From assembly GCF_055900595.2 (NCBI RefSeq), contig NZ_CM148325.1: a stretch of DNA of 64,000 nucleotides; one strand, 5' to 3'. This document shows, piece by piece, positions 11,983 to 23,800 of this stretch. The position numbers and the translations under genes were made by a program. The number at the start of each line of letters is the position of its first letter. The stretch's first letter is position 1. The notes below the pieces were generated by a model, which was not told where the DNA came from, did not search any database, and saw only the letters and a program-made list of their open reading frames with translations.

Positions 11983-12213
11983 TTATAACCTTGGTTTATA
12001 AGGACTGTTACGAACGTCTAAGCGGTAATGCGCTCTTGCTGTTTCGTCTTTAACTTGCTGAATTTCCGGACGCAGGGCGTCAATATCCTGTTGCAGTTGA
12101 TTAATTTTGTTATTCAATGCCTGAATATCATGTTCCAGGTGTTCAATTTTGGCATTGCTGGTACAGCCAACAAGATACAGCGCCAGCGGAATGGATAAGA
12201 TAAGTTTGTTCAT
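11983..12213 (-). CDS. Lpp-like coiled-coil lipoprotein (76 aa)
   Basis: ATG at 12213; signal peptide plus lipobox (LVGCTSN); heptad-repeat alpha-helical body resembling Braun lipoprotein. Confidence 0.6.
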   Translation of the reverse strand: MNKLILSIPLALYLVGCTSNAKIEHLEHDIQALNNKINQLQQDIDALRPEIQQVKDETARAHYRLDVRNSPYKPRL

Positions 12214-12230
12214 TATGAATTCCAGAACCG

Positions 12231-12488
12231 TCATTCCGCATACATACGCAAGCAGCGCAGGCAATCAAAATAGTCCTGAGCATCAAGACGCGTATTGGCT
12301 CTGTTAGCTTCGGATTTTGCCGCATAGATTTGCGGGCGTAATGCTTTCATATCCTGCTCAAGCCGGGCGATTTTGGCATTTAATGTTTGCACATTGCTCG
12401 CCAGCTGATTGACCTTTTGCTCATTGACGCAGCCGCTGAGCAAGCAGGTTGCCAGAACAACAGCCCCCACGGTGAAAATCGTTTTCAT
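12231..12488 (-). CDS. yqhH: Lpp-like outer-membrane lipoprotein YqhH
   Basis: 85-aa ORF with lipobox LSGCVNE and coiled-coil body; position matches yqhH next to yqhG. Confidence 0.75.
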
Positions 12489-12538
12489 ATAGTATTCCCT
12501 TTTATTTATTGTTCCGGCTAATTGTTATTTAATTCAGC

Positions 12539-13465
12539 TCATTGCTTTAATCTGGCGGCGGTTTTCACCTCAATCTGTTTAAGTAGGCTGCCGCTGTTCG
12601 GGCGGATAAAATCAGCGATTTCCCACTTACCTTCGCGCCGCTGTAAAACCAGTTCTTGCTCTTCGTTGTTGCCATTGGTCAGCGTAAAACGAACATGAAT
12701 GCGGGCGGAATCGGTGGTTTTCTCCAGGACACGGATTTCATCAACGCGTGAAAATAGCGACTCTTCGCCAAAACAGATCGGATTGTCGTAAATAAATTGC
12801 CGTTCTATTTGCATATCTTCATCGGGATTGTTGGCAGTCTTGAAGGTGGTTTTATAGAAGGCATTGACCGCCTGGCGGTAAGAGTCGGAAACCACCCACG
12901 TCCACGGCCAGCTATAATCAGCAATATGTTCAAAGAGTTCGGCAACAAAGGCTTCCGGCTGTTCTTTTTGCAACGAAGCTACAGCGGCCAGCGTTTTTTC
13001 ATTCTCGCTATTAACTGCTTGTAAGACGCTGCCATGATTGCTGACAATATCGTCAATGACCCAACGACCATTTTCCGCCACCATTTTCAGTGTCTGCGTG
13101 GTCTTTTCTTTATCGTCTTTAAAGATACGAAAGCGCACAACGGCATCGGCATGATCGGCGTCAGGTTGGGTTATCGCTACGCTTTCTAACACCAGATCGC
13201 CAAAATCCTGACAATCACAAACCGGATCATAATCCAGCCAGCCAATATTGCCCGGCAGCGTAAGATTGTCGTTCAGGGTAAGCGCCTGTTGAATACGCGC
13301 AGAAGTTATCGCTCGCTCTCCGGTTTCACCAAAATAAGGCGTACTGGCATCTGATTTATAGTTCTGATAAATCTGCCGGACTGTTTGTTCTACGGTCTGT
13401 GAAGGAGGCTGCGCGTGTACGGTAAAACTTGCCAGGGCTGCTAAAAACAGAAGTATTATTTTCAT
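12539..13465 (-). CDS. yqhG: Secreted DUF3828-type protein YqhG
   Basis: 308-aa ORF with N-terminal signal peptide (MKIILLFLAALASFTVHA). Confidence 0.8.
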   Translation of the reverse strand: MKIILLFLAALASFTVHAQPPSQTVEQTVRQIYQNYKSDASTPYFGETGERAITSARIQQALTLNDNLTLPGNIGWLDYDPVCDCQDFGDLVLESVAITQPDADHADAVVRFRIFKDDKEKTTQTLKMVAENGRWVIDDIVSNHGSVLQAVNSENEKTLAAVASLQKEQPEAFVAELFEHIADYSWPWTWVVSDSYRQAVNAFYKTTFKTANNPDEDMQIERQFIYDNPICFGEESLFSRVDEIRVLEKTTDSARIHVRFTLTNGNNEEQELVLQRREGKWEIADFIRPNSGSLLKQIEVKTAARLKQ

Positions 13466-13664
13466 CTGTTTTTCACCTCTCCGTTGCGTTTATCCCGGGT
13501 GTAGATGAATTGTTCCTTTAAGAGCTTCCTGCTCTGCATGATGATGTCCTTATATTTGGCATTCCTGAACAAGGAAGAGTAACAATGGGCAGGACGCGAG
13601 GGGAATAAATGATTTCTGAAAAGTCCGGTAGCGGAACATTACCGCCACCGGGAGAATTTGCGCG

Positions 13665-14492
13665 TTAGCCGCCGAACTGGTCGGGATCGGGGCCGAGGCG
13701 TTTGCCCTGGTCGAGTTTGGCAATTTCACCTAGCTCGTCTTTGTCGAGACGGAAATCCCAGACATCAAAGTTTTCGGCAATACGTGAAGGTGTTACCGAT
13801 TTCGGGATCACCACCAGGCCGTTATCCAGATGCCAGCGGATAACAATCTGCGCCGGGGTTTTGCCGTATTTATCTGCCAGATCGCGAATGACTTTCTGAT
13901 CGAAAACGCCTTTCCCACCTTGCGCTAATGGGCTCCAGGATTCGGTCTGGATTTTGTGTGTCGCGTTCCAGGCGTGAAGCTGGCGTTGCTGCATCAGCGG
14001 GTGGAGTTCAATCTGGTTTATCACCGGCGTCACGCCAGTTTCATCAATCAGGCGTTGCAGGTGGTGGATCTGGAAGTTGCACACGCCGATGCTTTTGATT
14101 AAGCCCTCTTTTTGCAATTCGATCATGCCCTTCCATGCTTCGACATAATGGTCAATAGCAGGAACGGGCCAGTGCATTAAGTAAAGGTCGACATAATCAA
14201 GCTGGAGTTTTTTCAGGCTGTCGAGCAGGGCTTCGCGGGGGCGCTTGTGGTCGTCGTTCCACAGTTTAGTGGTGATGAACAGTTCTTCTCTGTTAACTGA
14301 GGCATTTTTCAGGGCTTTGCCGACACCTTCTTCGTTCTTATAGGCCGCGGCGGTATCAATCGAGCGATAACCCACGTCTAACGCTTTTTGAATGGCAGTG
14401 ATTACTTCCTCATTACTTGCTTGCCAGACGCCCAGTCCCAACTGGGGCATGACATTGCCATCCTGTAGCTTAATAACGGTTGGATTAGCCAT
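13665..14492 (-). CDS. dkgA: Aldo-keto reductase DkgA (2,5-diketo-D-gluconate reductase A / methylglyoxal reductase)
   Basis: 275-aa ORF starting MANPTVIKLQDGNVMPQLGLGVWQ, AKR family signature. Confidence 0.95.
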   Translation of the reverse strand: MANPTVIKLQDGNVMPQLGLGVWQASNEEVITAIQKALDVGYRSIDTAAAYKNEEGVGKALKNASVNREELFITTKLWNDDHKRPREALLDSLKKLQLDYVDLYLMHWPVPAIDHYVEAWKGMIELQKEGLIKSIGVCNFQIHHLQRLIDETGVTPVINQIELHPLMQQRQLHAWNATHKIQTESWSPLAQGGKGVFDQKVIRDLADKYGKTPAQIVIRWHLDNGLVVIPKSVTPSRIAENFDVWDFRLDKDELGEIAKLDQGKRLGPDPDQFGG

Positions 14493-14596
14493 ACGTTCCT
14501 CCTTTATATGAACTCACCGGAGCAGGCTCCGGTGAGGTGTTGTGAACTTAAGTCTGGACGAAATGCCCGAAAACGAAAGTTTGAGGCGTAAAAAGC

Positions 14597-15760
14597 TTAG
14601 CGGGCGGCTTCGTATATGCGGCGGCTGACATCCAGCGTAATGTCATGATTTTCGCCCAGTTGGGTCATACCGTGCTCTTCCAGTTTTTTCAACAAAGCCG
14701 GGATGGAGCTGCCGTCCAGACCGTAGTCGGAGAGGTGGGTCGGCACGCCTAATTGCTCAAAGAAATTGCGGGTTGCGGCAATCGCGGCGTCAATACGCTC
14801 ATCGTCAGAACCTTCTGTGATGTTCCAGACGCGTTCAGCATATTGCAGCAGTTTAGCGCGTTTAGTGTCGCGTTTCTCATTCCACAGTGCAGGCAGGACG
14901 ATAGCCAGCGTTTGCGCGTGATCCAGACCGTGCATCGCAGTCAGTTCGTGGCCCAGCATATGCGTTGCCCAATCCTGGGGTACACCTGCGCCAATTAAAC
15001 CGTTCAGCGCCTGAGTCGCCGCCCACATAACGTTGGCGCGTACATCGTAGTTTTCTGGCTCTTTCAGGGCTTTCGGACCATCTTCGATCAGCGTCAGCAA
15101 AATGCCTTCTGCGAAACGGTCCTGAATTTTGGCATCAACCGGTTTGGTAACATACTGTTCCACGGTGTGCACAAAGGCATCCACTACACCGTTAGCCACC
15201 TGACGCGGCGGCAGAGTGTAGGTATAAACCGGATCGAGCACGGCAAATACCGGCTGAACATGGGCAGAATGGAACGCCTGCTTGTCGCCTGTAGTTTTAC
15301 GGGAGATGACCGCACCTGCGTTGGATTCTGAACCGGTTGCTGGCAGCGTCAGCACACAGCCCATCGGGATGGCGCTTTTAATCTCTTTACCGCCCGTTTG
15401 TAGAATGTGCCACGGATCGATATTTTCTGGATAGTTAGCCGCCGCAGCGATAAATTTGGTGCCGTCCAGTACAGAACCGCCGCCAACCGCCAGCAGGAAG
15501 GTTACTTTCTGTTCGCGAACCAGTTTCACGGCATTCATCAGCGTTTCATAAGCCGGGTTTGGCTCAATACCGCCAAATTCCAGCACGTCCATGCCTTTCA
15601 GGGCATCCAGAACTTGATCGAGAACGCCGGTTTTTTTCACGCTGCCGCCGCCGTAGGTAATCAATACGCGTGCATCGTGAGGAATTTGCTCGCGTAAACA
15701 AGCGATTGCGCCTTTACCAAACAGAATGCGGGTTGGGGTGTGCAGATTAAAGTTGTTCAT
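14597..15760 (-). CDS. yqhD: NADPH-dependent aldehyde reductase YqhD (iron-type alcohol dehydrogenase)
   Basis: Start set at internal ATG 15760 ([17 protein letters not shown]) matching the known YqhD N-terminus; Fe-ADH fold. Confidence 0.93.
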   Translation of the reverse strand: MNNFNLHTPTRILFGKGAIACLREQIPHDARVLITYGGGSVKKTGVLDQVLDALKGMDVLEFGGIEPNPAYETLMNAVKLVREQKVTFLLAVGGGSVLDGTKFIAAAANYPENIDPWHILQTGGKEIKSAIPMGCVLTLPATGSESNAGAVISRKTTGDKQAFHSAHVQPVFAVLDPVYTYTLPPRQVANGVVDAFVHTVEQYVTKPVDAKIQDRFAEGILLTLIEDGPKALKEPENYDVRANVMWAATQALNGLIGAGVPQDWATHMLGHELTAMHGLDHAQTLAIVLPALWNEKRDTKRAKLLQYAERVWNITEGSDDERIDAAIAATRNFFEQLGVPTHLSDYGLDGSSIPALLKKLEEHGMTQLGENHDITLDVSRRIYEAAR

Positions 15761-15896
15761 TACTTGCTCCCTTTGCTGGGTCAATATGAGGGCAGAGATC
15801 GGTCTGCCTGATGTTTTTCATTGTGGTCGCCAGCGCCGTACCTCTCAATGCTCATTTCTGCCAATGTCTTGCCTATTTCTCCAGAGTGCTGGAGAA

Positions 15897-16853
15897 ATGC
15901 TACAAAATTGCGCACAATCAAATTGCCGCATTATTCCTAAGAAATTACGCGATATGAAACGTGAAGAGATTTGCCGCTTGCTGGCGGGTAAAGTTAATAA
16001 ACTGAAAAATAAAGAAAATAGTTTGTCAGAGCTATTGCCCGATGTGCGTTTGTTGTATGGCGAGACGCCTTTCGCACGTACGCCGGTGATGTACGAGCCC
16101 GGCATCATAATTCTCTTTTCTGGGCATAAAATCGGTTATATCAATGAACGCGTGTTTCGTTATGATGCCAATGAATATCTGCTGCTGACGGTGCCGTTGC
16201 CGTTTGAGTGCGAAACTTATGCAACGTCAGAGGTACCGCTGGCAGGGTTGCGTCTCAATGTCGATGTTTTGCAGTTACAAGAGCTGTTGATGGACATTGG
16301 CGAAGATGAGCATTTTCGTCCGTCGATGGCAGCCAGCGGGATTAACTCTGCCACGTTATCAGAAGAGATTTTATGTGCGGCGGAGCGGTTACTCGACGTG
16401 ATGGAGCGACCGCTGGATGCGCGTATTCTCGGCAAACAGATCATCCGCGAAATTCTGTACTACGTGCTGACCGGACCTTGCGGTGGCGCGTTACTGGCGC
16501 TGGTCAGCCGTCAGACCCACTTCAGCCTGATTAGTCGTGTGCTGAAACGAATTGAGAATAAATACACCGAAAACCTGAGCGTCGAGCAACTGGCGGCAGA
16601 AGCCAACATGAGCGTATCGGCGTTCCACCATAATTTTAAGTCTGTCACTAGCACCTCGCCGTTGCAGTATTTGAAGAATTACCGTCTGCATAAGGCGCGG
16701 ATGATGATTATCCACGACGGCATGAAGGCCAGTGCAGCAGCGATGCGCGTCGGCTACGAAAGCGCGTCGCAATTTAGCCGTGAGTTTAAACGTTACTTTG
16801 GTGTGACACCGGGGGAGGATGCGGCAAGAATGCGGGCGATGCAGGGGAGTTAA
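15897..16853 (+). CDS. yqhC: AraC-family activator YqhC
   Basis: Start chosen at ATG 15897 (318 aa); C-terminal AraC HTH; divergent from yqhD-dkgA. Confidence 0.85.
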   Translation: MLQNCAQSNCRIIPKKLRDMKREEICRLLAGKVNKLKNKENSLSELLPDVRLLYGETPFARTPVMYEPGIIILFSGHKIGYINERVFRYDANEYLLLTVPLPFECETYATSEVPLAGLRLNVDVLQLQELLMDIGEDEHFRPSMAASGINSATLSEEILCAAERLLDVMERPLDARILGKQIIREILYYVLTGPCGGALLALVSRQTHFSLISRVLKRIENKYTENLSVEQLAAEANMSVSAFHHNFKSVTSTSPLQYLKNYRLHKARMMIIHDGMKASAAAMRVGYESASQFSREFKRYFGVTPGEDAARMRAMQGS

Positions 16854-16857
16854 ATGC

Positions 16858-16881
16858 GTTCCCGGTACCGCAACCGGGAAC
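16858..16881. terminator. Hairpin between convergent yqhC and yghB
   Basis: Stem GTTCCCGG/CCGGGAAC with 8-nt loop just after the yqhC stop. Confidence 0.4.
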
Positions 16882-16892
16882 GGGGGAAATTG

Positions 16893-17552
16893 TCAGGCGT
16901 TACAGTATTTCTTTTTAATCACCACAAACAGCGTGCCTAACAAGCCTGCAGTTAACAAGGCAATCGGCAGGATCATCAGGAATGTCATTACCTGATCTTC
17001 ATGCCGTTTAACGAACGGAATCATGCTTAAGGCATAGCCGAAACTGGTTACTACGCTGACCCACAGCAATCCGCTTAGCCAGTTGAAAAACTGGAAGCGA
17101 CGGTTTGGTAGACCGGAAATACCCGCCATGGTTGGCAACAGCGTACGGACAAATGCGAGAAAACGTCCAGCCAGCAGCGCCAGCAGACCGTGACGGTCAA
17201 ACATACAGGTAGCACGCTGGTGATATTTGGCAGGAAGCTGTGCCAGCCAGCCTTTCACCGTTTTAGTATTCCCTAACCAGCGCCCCTGAATATAACTTAA
17301 CCAGCAGCCCAAACTTGCTGCGGCGGTCAGAATCGCAATCGTTGGCAGAAAATCCATAACCCCCTGGGCAATCAATGCGCCTGCCAGTATCAACAAGCTG
17401 TCGCCTGGCAAAAATGAGGCGGGCAGCAGGCCGTTTTCTAAAAACAGCGTGGCAAACATGACAAAGTAAACAACGCTAACAATATGAGGATCCGCCAGCG
17501 CGGCAAAGTCGTGTTGCCAGAGCGCAGCGATGATATCTTGAATAACAGCCAT
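16893..17552 (-). CDS. yghB: DedA-family inner-membrane protein YghB
   Basis: 219-aa multi-TM ORF with DedA/SNARE-associated character. Confidence 0.9.
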
Positions 17553-17690
17553 GGACTTTCCTGTGGAACAGCGTTTAAGCCTTTATCTGCCTATTGTACT
17601 CCTGAATCACCCGGGACGCCTTGATCCCGGACGCAACAATTTAAGACTTTTCACAATTAAATGTCTGCAAATTTGTCCAAACTGGCAACA

Positions 17691-18878
17691 TTACACAATT
17701 CGCGCAAAACCGGCGTCCAGATCGGCAATCAAATCGTCGACATCTTCCAGACCAATATGCAGGCGAATCAAGGTCCCGCTAAAATCGATCTCGCCTTGTG
17801 GACGAATGGCGGCGATATGTTCTGGTTGATTTGCCAGGATCAACGATTCATAACCGCCCCACGAGTAGGCCATGCTGAATAAACTGAAGTTATCCAGATA
17901 GTTCGCCAGCTCTTCATCATTGAGTTTTTTCTTAAGCACAAAGGAAAATAGCCCGCTGCTACCTGTAAAGTCTCGTTGCCAGAATTCGTGACCTTTACTG
18001 CCAGGCAGAGCAGGGTGGTTAACTCGTGCTACTTGCGGATGTTCCGCCAGCCATTTAGCTACTTTCAGGCTACTTTCGTGATGTTGACGCAGGCGAACAC
18101 CCAAAGTGCGCAGGCCACGGCTGGTTATATAGGCGGTATCGGCATCGACCATCTGCCCCATCAGATAGGCATTCTCCCGTAGCTGCTCCCAGCAACGGGC
18201 ATTGCATACGGCAGTACCAATCATCGCATCTGAATGCCCAACCAGATATTTGGTAGCGGCCTGAATGGAAACATCAATGCCAAAATCCAGCGCCTTAAAC
18301 AGCACGCCGGCCGCCCAGGTGTTATCGATCATAATGATGGCATCTGGCACTACACTGCGCACGGCGGCAACAATCGCCGGAACGTCGTGGACTTCCATGG
18401 TGATGGAGCCCGGCGATTCCAGAAATACAATTTTAGTGTTTGGCTGCACATGTTTAACAATATTCGCGCCAATCAGCGGATCAAACCACGATGTCGTTAC
18501 GCCCAGTTTGCTGAGGATTTTGCTACAGAAATCCTGACTCGGTTCATAGGCGGTGTTGGTCATCAACACATGATCGCCCTGTTCGACAAAAGCAAGAATG
18601 GAATTAGCAACCGCTGCTGCTCCGCAGGGGAACAGCACGCAGCCTGCGCCACCTTCCAGTTCGCACATCGCTTCTTGTAAGGAGAAATGGGTTAACGTTC
18701 CACGCCGTCCATAAAACAACTCGCCATTGGCGCGATTGCGTGTCGCGTGTTTTTTGGCTTCCACACTGTCAAAGACCAGCGAAGAAGCGCGCTGAATCAC
18801 GCTATTTACCGCGCCGAGAGTGTATTTTTTGCTGCGTCCTGCGTTGACCAGTTGAGTATCAAGCTTGTTTTCCGCCAT
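17691..18878 (-). CDS. metC: Cystathionine beta-lyase MetC
   Basis: Start set at ATG 18878 ([15 protein letters not shown]..., 395 aa); PLP-dependent Cys/Met-metabolism family. Confidence 0.95.
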   Translation of the reverse strand: MAENKLDTQLVNAGRSKKYTLGAVNSVIQRASSLVFDSVEAKKHATRNRANGELFYGRRGTLTHFSLQEAMCELEGGAGCVLFPCGAAAVANSILAFVEQGDHVLMTNTAYEPSQDFCSKILSKLGVTTSWFDPLIGANIVKHVQPNTKIVFLESPGSITMEVHDVPAIVAAVRSVVPDAIIMIDNTWAAGVLFKALDFGIDVSIQAATKYLVGHSDAMIGTAVCNARCWEQLRENAYLMGQMVDADTAYITSRGLRTLGVRLRQHHESSLKVAKWLAEHPQVARVNHPALPGSKGHEFWQRDFTGSSGLFSFVLKKKLNDEELANYLDNFSLFSMAYSWGGYESLILANQPEHIAAIRPQGEIDFSGTLIRLHIGLEDVDDLIADLDAGFARIV

Positions 18879-18896
18879 GTCCGGATTCCTGTTTTT

Positions 18897-18920
18897 ATAC
18901 GTCTGGATGTCTAAACTAGC
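18897..18920. promoter_or_regulatory. Possible MetJ-box tandem upstream of metC
   Basis: ATACGTCTGGATGTCTAAACTAGC resembles tandem 8-bp met boxes (consensus AGACGTCT) and lies 19-42 bp upstream of the metC start; by-eye match only. Confidence 0.3.
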
Positions 18921-19129
18921 ATGAATATTCGCGGGCGCATCCTGAAGAATTGGCATAAAGCAGAAAATTTTTGCAAATGGCGTGCTGGTGACTTTTTTAC
19001 TGCGTAAACGCAAGGAAAAGAAAGCAAAGGTACGGCAGTATGCAAATAGTAATGAGAACGACTATCAATTCGACGCCGTTTTGATATTATTATGCGCAGA
19101 TTTTGTGACTTGCGTCCTGGAGATACACA

Positions 19130-19864
19130 GTGGGTAATAATTTAATGCAGACGGACCTTTCCGTCTGGGGTATGTATCAGCACGCCGATATTGTCGTTAA
19201 GTGCGTGATGATTGGGCTTATTTTGGCCTCCGTAGTCACTTGGGCAATCTTCTTCAGTAAGAGCGTTGAGTTCTTCAATCAGAAGCGTCGCCTGAAACGC
19301 GAACAGCAACTGCTGGCCCAAGCGCGTTCCTTGAACCAGGCCAACGATATCGCCGCTGATTTTGGTAGCAAAAGCTTAAGCCTGCATTTGCTCAATGAAG
19401 CGCAGGATGAGCTGGAACTGTCAGAAGGCAGCGACGATAACGAAGGTATTAAAGAACGTACCAGCTTCCGTCTGGAGCGTCGGGTCGCCGCCGTGGGGCG
19501 TCAAATGGGCCGCGGTAACGGCTACCTTGCAACCATCGGCGCGATTTCGCCGTTTGTGGGCCTCTTTGGTACGGTCTGGGGCATCATGAACAGCTTTATC
19601 GGTATTGCGCAAACGCAGACCACTAATCTGGCTGTCGTTGCGCCGGGTATCGCAGAAGCTCTGTTAGCAACGGCAATCGGCCTCGTGGCAGCGATTCCAG
19701 CGGTCGTTATCTATAACGTATTTGCACGTCAGATTGGCGGCTTTAAAGCGATGCTGGGTGATGTCGCAGCGCAGGTATTATTGCTGCAAAGTCGTGACCT
19801 GGATCTGGAAGCCAGCGCCGCTGCGCATCCGGTTCGTGTCGCCCAAAAATTACGCGCAGGATAA
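19130..19864 (+). CDS. exbB: TonB-system proton channel ExbB
   Basis: 244-aa ORF with three TM segments, MotA/TolQ/ExbB family. Confidence 0.95.
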   Translation: MGNNLMQTDLSVWGMYQHADIVVKCVMIGLILASVVTWAIFFSKSVEFFNQKRRLKREQQLLAQARSLNQANDIAADFGSKSLSLHLLNEAQDELELSEGSDDNEGIKERTSFRLERRVAAVGRQMGRGNGYLATIGAISPFVGLFGTVWGIMNSFIGIAQTQTTNLAVVAPGIAEALLATAIGLVAAIPAVVIYNVFARQIGGFKAMLGDVAAQVLLLQSRDLDLEASAAAHPVRVAQKLRAG

Positions 19865-19870
19865 TGTTCG

Positions 19871-20296
19871 ATGGCAATGCATCTTAACGAAAACCTCGAC
19901 GATAACGGCGAAATGCATGATATCAACGTGACGCCGTTTATCGACGTGATGTTGGTTCTGCTGATTATCTTTATGGTGGCAGCGCCGTTAGCGACGGTAG
20001 ATGTGAAGGTGAACTTGCCTGCTTCTACCAGCACGCCGCAGCCTCGTCCGGAAAAACCGGTTTATCTGTCGGTGAAGGCGGACAACTCGATGTTTATCGG
20101 TAACGATCCGGTCACCGATGAAACAATGGTTACAGCGCTGAATGCGTTAACCGAAGGTAAGAAAGATACCACTATCTTCTTCCGTGCGGATAAAACCGTC
20201 GATTACGAGACGTTGATGAAGGTAATGGATACGCTGCATCAGGCGGGTTACCTGAAGATAGGTCTGGTCGGCGAAGAAACTGCCAAAGCGAAGTAA
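19871..20296 (+). CDS. exbD: TonB-system protein ExbD
   Basis: 141-aa ORF with single TM (FIDVMLVLLIIFMV), ExbD/TolR family. Confidence 0.95.
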   Translation: MAMHLNENLDDNGEMHDINVTPFIDVMLVLLIIFMVAAPLATVDVKVNLPASTSTPQPRPEKPVYLSVKADNSMFIGNDPVTDETMVTALNALTEGKKDTTIFFRADKTVDYETLMKVMDTLHQAGYLKIGLVGEETAKAK

Positions 20297-20304
20297 AGAC
20301 AATT

Positions 20305-20403
20305 GCCTGATGCGCTACGCTTATCAGGCCTACAAAATATATTGCAACATATTGAATTTGCATGACATGTAGGCCGGATAAGGCGTTTAGACCGCATCCG
20401 GCA
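20305..20403. repeat. REP (repetitive extragenic palindromic) elements downstream of exbD
   Basis: Two inverted REP-like units (GCCTGATGCGCTACGCTTATCAGGCCTAC and GTAGGCCGGATAAGGCGTTTAGACCGCATCCGGCA). Confidence 0.6.
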
Positions 20404-20421
20404 AGAGTTAAATGCATAATG

Positions 20422-20457
20422 ATGCCCGGTTGCTTTTCGCAACCGGGCATTTTTTTA
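20422..20457 (+). terminator. Rho-independent terminator for exbBD
   Basis: 12-bp stem ATGCCCGGTTGC/GCAACCGGGCAT, 5-nt loop, followed by TTTTTT. Confidence 0.6.
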
Positions 20458-21339
20458 GCCTAAATGCTCGCCGCCGCACACGCCGTGCACTTCTGCGGTG
20501 ACATAGCTCGACTCCTGACTTGCTAGATAAACATATACAGGGGCCAGTTCCGCCGGTTGCCCCGCACGTTTCATTGGTGTTTGCTGACCAAACTGCGGGA
20601 TCTTATCCTGCGTTTGTCCACCGGAAATTTGCAGTGCTGTCCAGATAGGGCCTGGTGCGACAATGTTCACTCGAATGCCTTTTTCTGCGACCTGTTTTGC
20701 CAGGCCACGGCTGTAGTTCAGAATCGCCGCCTTCGTAGCCGCATAGTCCAGCAAATGTGGGCTTGGCTGGTACGCCTGGATTGACGAAGTGGTGATGATA
20801 CTGGCACCTTTCGGTAGCAGGGGGATCGCTTCCTGGGTGAGCCAGAACAGTGCGAAAACGTTAATGGCAAACGTCTTTTGAAACTGTTCGCTGGTGAGGT
20901 CTGCAATATCAGGAATAGCAACCTGTTTCCCGGCGACCAGCGCCATAATATCCAGCCCGCCTAACGCCTTATGCGCTTCGTGAACCAGCGAACGGGCAAA
21001 CTTCTCATCGCTTAAATCGCCAGGCAGCAGGACGGCTTTGCGTCCGCATTCTTCAATGATCTTTTTCACATCCTGAGCGTCTTCTTCTTCCACGGGAAGA
21101 TAACTGATCGCTACGTCAGCGCCTTCACGCGCGTAAGCGATGGCGGCAGCACGACCGATTCCGGAATCGCCCCCTGTCACCAGTGCTTTACGATCTTTCA
21201 GGCGACCGCTACCAACATAGGTTTTCTCGCCGCAATCCGGCACCGGTGTCATTTTCGCCTGGATGCCTGGCGTCGGTTGTTTCTGTTTGGGATATTCACC
21301 AGTGTAATACTGCGTGGTCGGGTCTTTTAAATGAGACAT
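20455..21339 (-). CDS. yghA: Short-chain dehydrogenase/reductase YghA
   Basis: 294-aa ORF with TGGxxGIG Rossmann motif ([10 protein letters not shown]) and SDR catalytic motif. Confidence 0.9.
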
Positions 21340-21460
21340 TGTTTTTCTCCCTTCAGGTTCAACGTCCTTTAAGGGTAGACGCTCTCGATGCGTTGATAAG
21401 GGAACCAGGAAGATCCCTAAACCTCGGATTTATGCGACAAAGGTTTAACGGATATGTTGA

Positions 21461-22024
<564 letters not shown>

Positions 22025-22063
22025 TCTGATTCGGGCGCGGTTCTCGCGCCCGTTATTAACAGG

Positions 22064-23104
22064 TCATTTATCGGAAGACGCCTGCCACAGATTCAGCTCG
22101 CCATCGGCGATATGCTGATCAATCTGCGCCAGCTCCTCGGTGCTAAATGTCAGATTATTTAGTGCCTGCACATTCTCTTCCAGTTGCTCCGCGCGGCTGG
22201 CACCAATCAATACCGACGTCACTCGCTCATCTTTCAGCAACCAGCTTAACGCCATTTGCGCCATTGATTGTCCACGCTGCTGTGCCATTTCATTCAATAA
22301 CCGCAGGCTGTTGAGGTTGGCTTCGGTGAGCATTTTCGGCGTCAGGCCACGAACTTTATTCCCTTCACGATGCATACGTGAATTTTCAGGAATACCGTTG
22401 AGATATTTGCCGGTCAGCAATCCCTGAGCCAGAGGAGTAAAGGCAATGCAGCCCACGCCGTTATGTTGCAGGGTATCCAGCAGGCCGCTTTTATCCACCC
22501 AGCGGTTCAGCAAATTGTACGAAGGTTGATGAATTAACAGCGGAATTTTCCACTCGCGCAGCAACTCGACCATTTTTTGCGTCCGCTCTGGCGAGTAAGA
22601 GGAGATCCCGACATAAAGCGCCTTACCGCTTTGTACCACATGAGCCAGCGCAGAGGCGGTTTCTTCCATCGGCGTATTTTCATCGACGCGATGAGAGTAA
22701 AAGATATCGACATACTCAAGCCCCATCCGCTTCAGGCTTTGGTCGAGGCTGGCGAGCAGGTATTTACGTGAGCCGCCAGAGCCGTACGGGCCGGGCCACA
22801 TATCGTATCCGGCTTTGGTAGAGATAATCAGTTCATCGCGATAAGCGGCAAAATCCTCCCGCAGCAGGCGACCAAAGTTCTCTTCTGCGCTTCCTGGAGG
22901 CGGCCCGTAATTGTTGGCTAAATCAAAGTGCGTAATGCCCAAATCAAACGCTTTGCGCAGGATCGCACGCTGTGATTCCAGTGCGTTAACGTGACCGAAA
23001 TTGTGCCATAAACCGAGCGATAACGCGGGCAGGCGTAAACCGCTTTTTCCGCAATAGCGGTATTGCATCTGCCCGTAACGTTCGGGATTCGCTAACCAGA
23101 CCAT
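22064..23104 (-). CDS. yghZ: Aldo-keto reductase YghZ
   Basis: Start at ATG 23104 (MVWLANPERYGQMQYRYCGKSGL, 346 aa); AKR family. Confidence 0.9.
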   Translation of the reverse strand: MVWLANPERYGQMQYRYCGKSGLRLPALSLGLWHNFGHVNALESQRAILRKAFDLGITHFDLANNYGPPPGSAEENFGRLLREDFAAYRDELIISTKAGYDMWPGPYGSGGSRKYLLASLDQSLKRMGLEYVDIFYSHRVDENTPMEETASALAHVVQSGKALYVGISSYSPERTQKMVELLREWKIPLLIHQPSYNLLNRWVDKSGLLDTLQHNGVGCIAFTPLAQGLLTGKYLNGIPENSRMHREGNKVRGLTPKMLTEANLNSLRLLNEMAQQRGQSMAQMALSWLLKDERVTSVLIGASRAEQLEENVQALNNLTFSTEELAQIDQHIADGELNLWQASSDK

Positions 23105-23257
23105 GACCTCTCCTTTCCACCATTCAATTTCGAAACAATGTTTCCAGTTTAGCGATTTACCAGGGGGGATCCCGTAGCATCGCTCACAGTGTGACGAAAA
23201 ACTGGGCAAAAACACGTGCTTATGCTTTGCTTAAAAAAACACCAATTAAGGAGTGCA

Positions 23258-23800
23258 ATGATGCCGCGTCTGACCGCTAAAGATTTCCCACAAGAGTTGC
23301 TGGATTACTACGACTATTACGCTCACGGGAAAATTTCGAAACGTGAGTTCCTCAACCTTGCGGCGAAGTATGCGGTGGGCGGGATGACGGCATTAGCGTT
23401 GTTTGATTTGCTCAAGCCAAATTATGCGCTGGCGACTCAGGTAGAGTTTACCGACCCGGAAATTGTTGCTGAGTACATCACGTATTCTTCGCCAAATGGT
23501 CACGGCGAGGTACGGGGTTATCTGGTGAAGCCCGCAAAGATGAGCGGCAAAACGCCAGCCGTGGTGGTGGTGCATGAGAATCGTGGACTGAATCCGTATA
23601 TCGAAGATGTGGCACGGCGAGTAGCGAAGGCGGGGTATATCGCCCTGGCACCTGACGGCTTAAGTTCCGTTGGAGGTTATCCGGGTAATGATGATAAAGG
23701 TCGTGAGCTGCAACAGCAGGTTGATCCAACCAAACTGATGAATGATTTCTTTGCCGCAATTGAGTTTATGCAACGCTATCCGCAAGCGACAGGCAAAGTG
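23258..23800 (+). pseudogene. yghX: yghX 5' segment (dienelactone-hydrolase-family protein) interrupted by IS10
   Basis: ORF from ATG 23258 (MMPRLTAKDFPQELLDYYDYY...) reads in frame into the IS10 end at 23801. Confidence 0.8.
23792..23800. repeat. IS10 target-site duplication, left copy (GGCAAAGTG)
   Basis: Identical 9-bp GGCAAAGTG directly flanks both IS10 ends (23792-23800 and 25130-25138). Confidence 0.9.

Noticed and set aside
19044-19066. Fur box upstream of exbB
   Set aside because: AAATAGTAATGAGAACGACTATC has only a partial match to the Fur consensus GATAATGATAATCATTATC; plausible given known iron regulation of exbB, but too weak to list as a feature.
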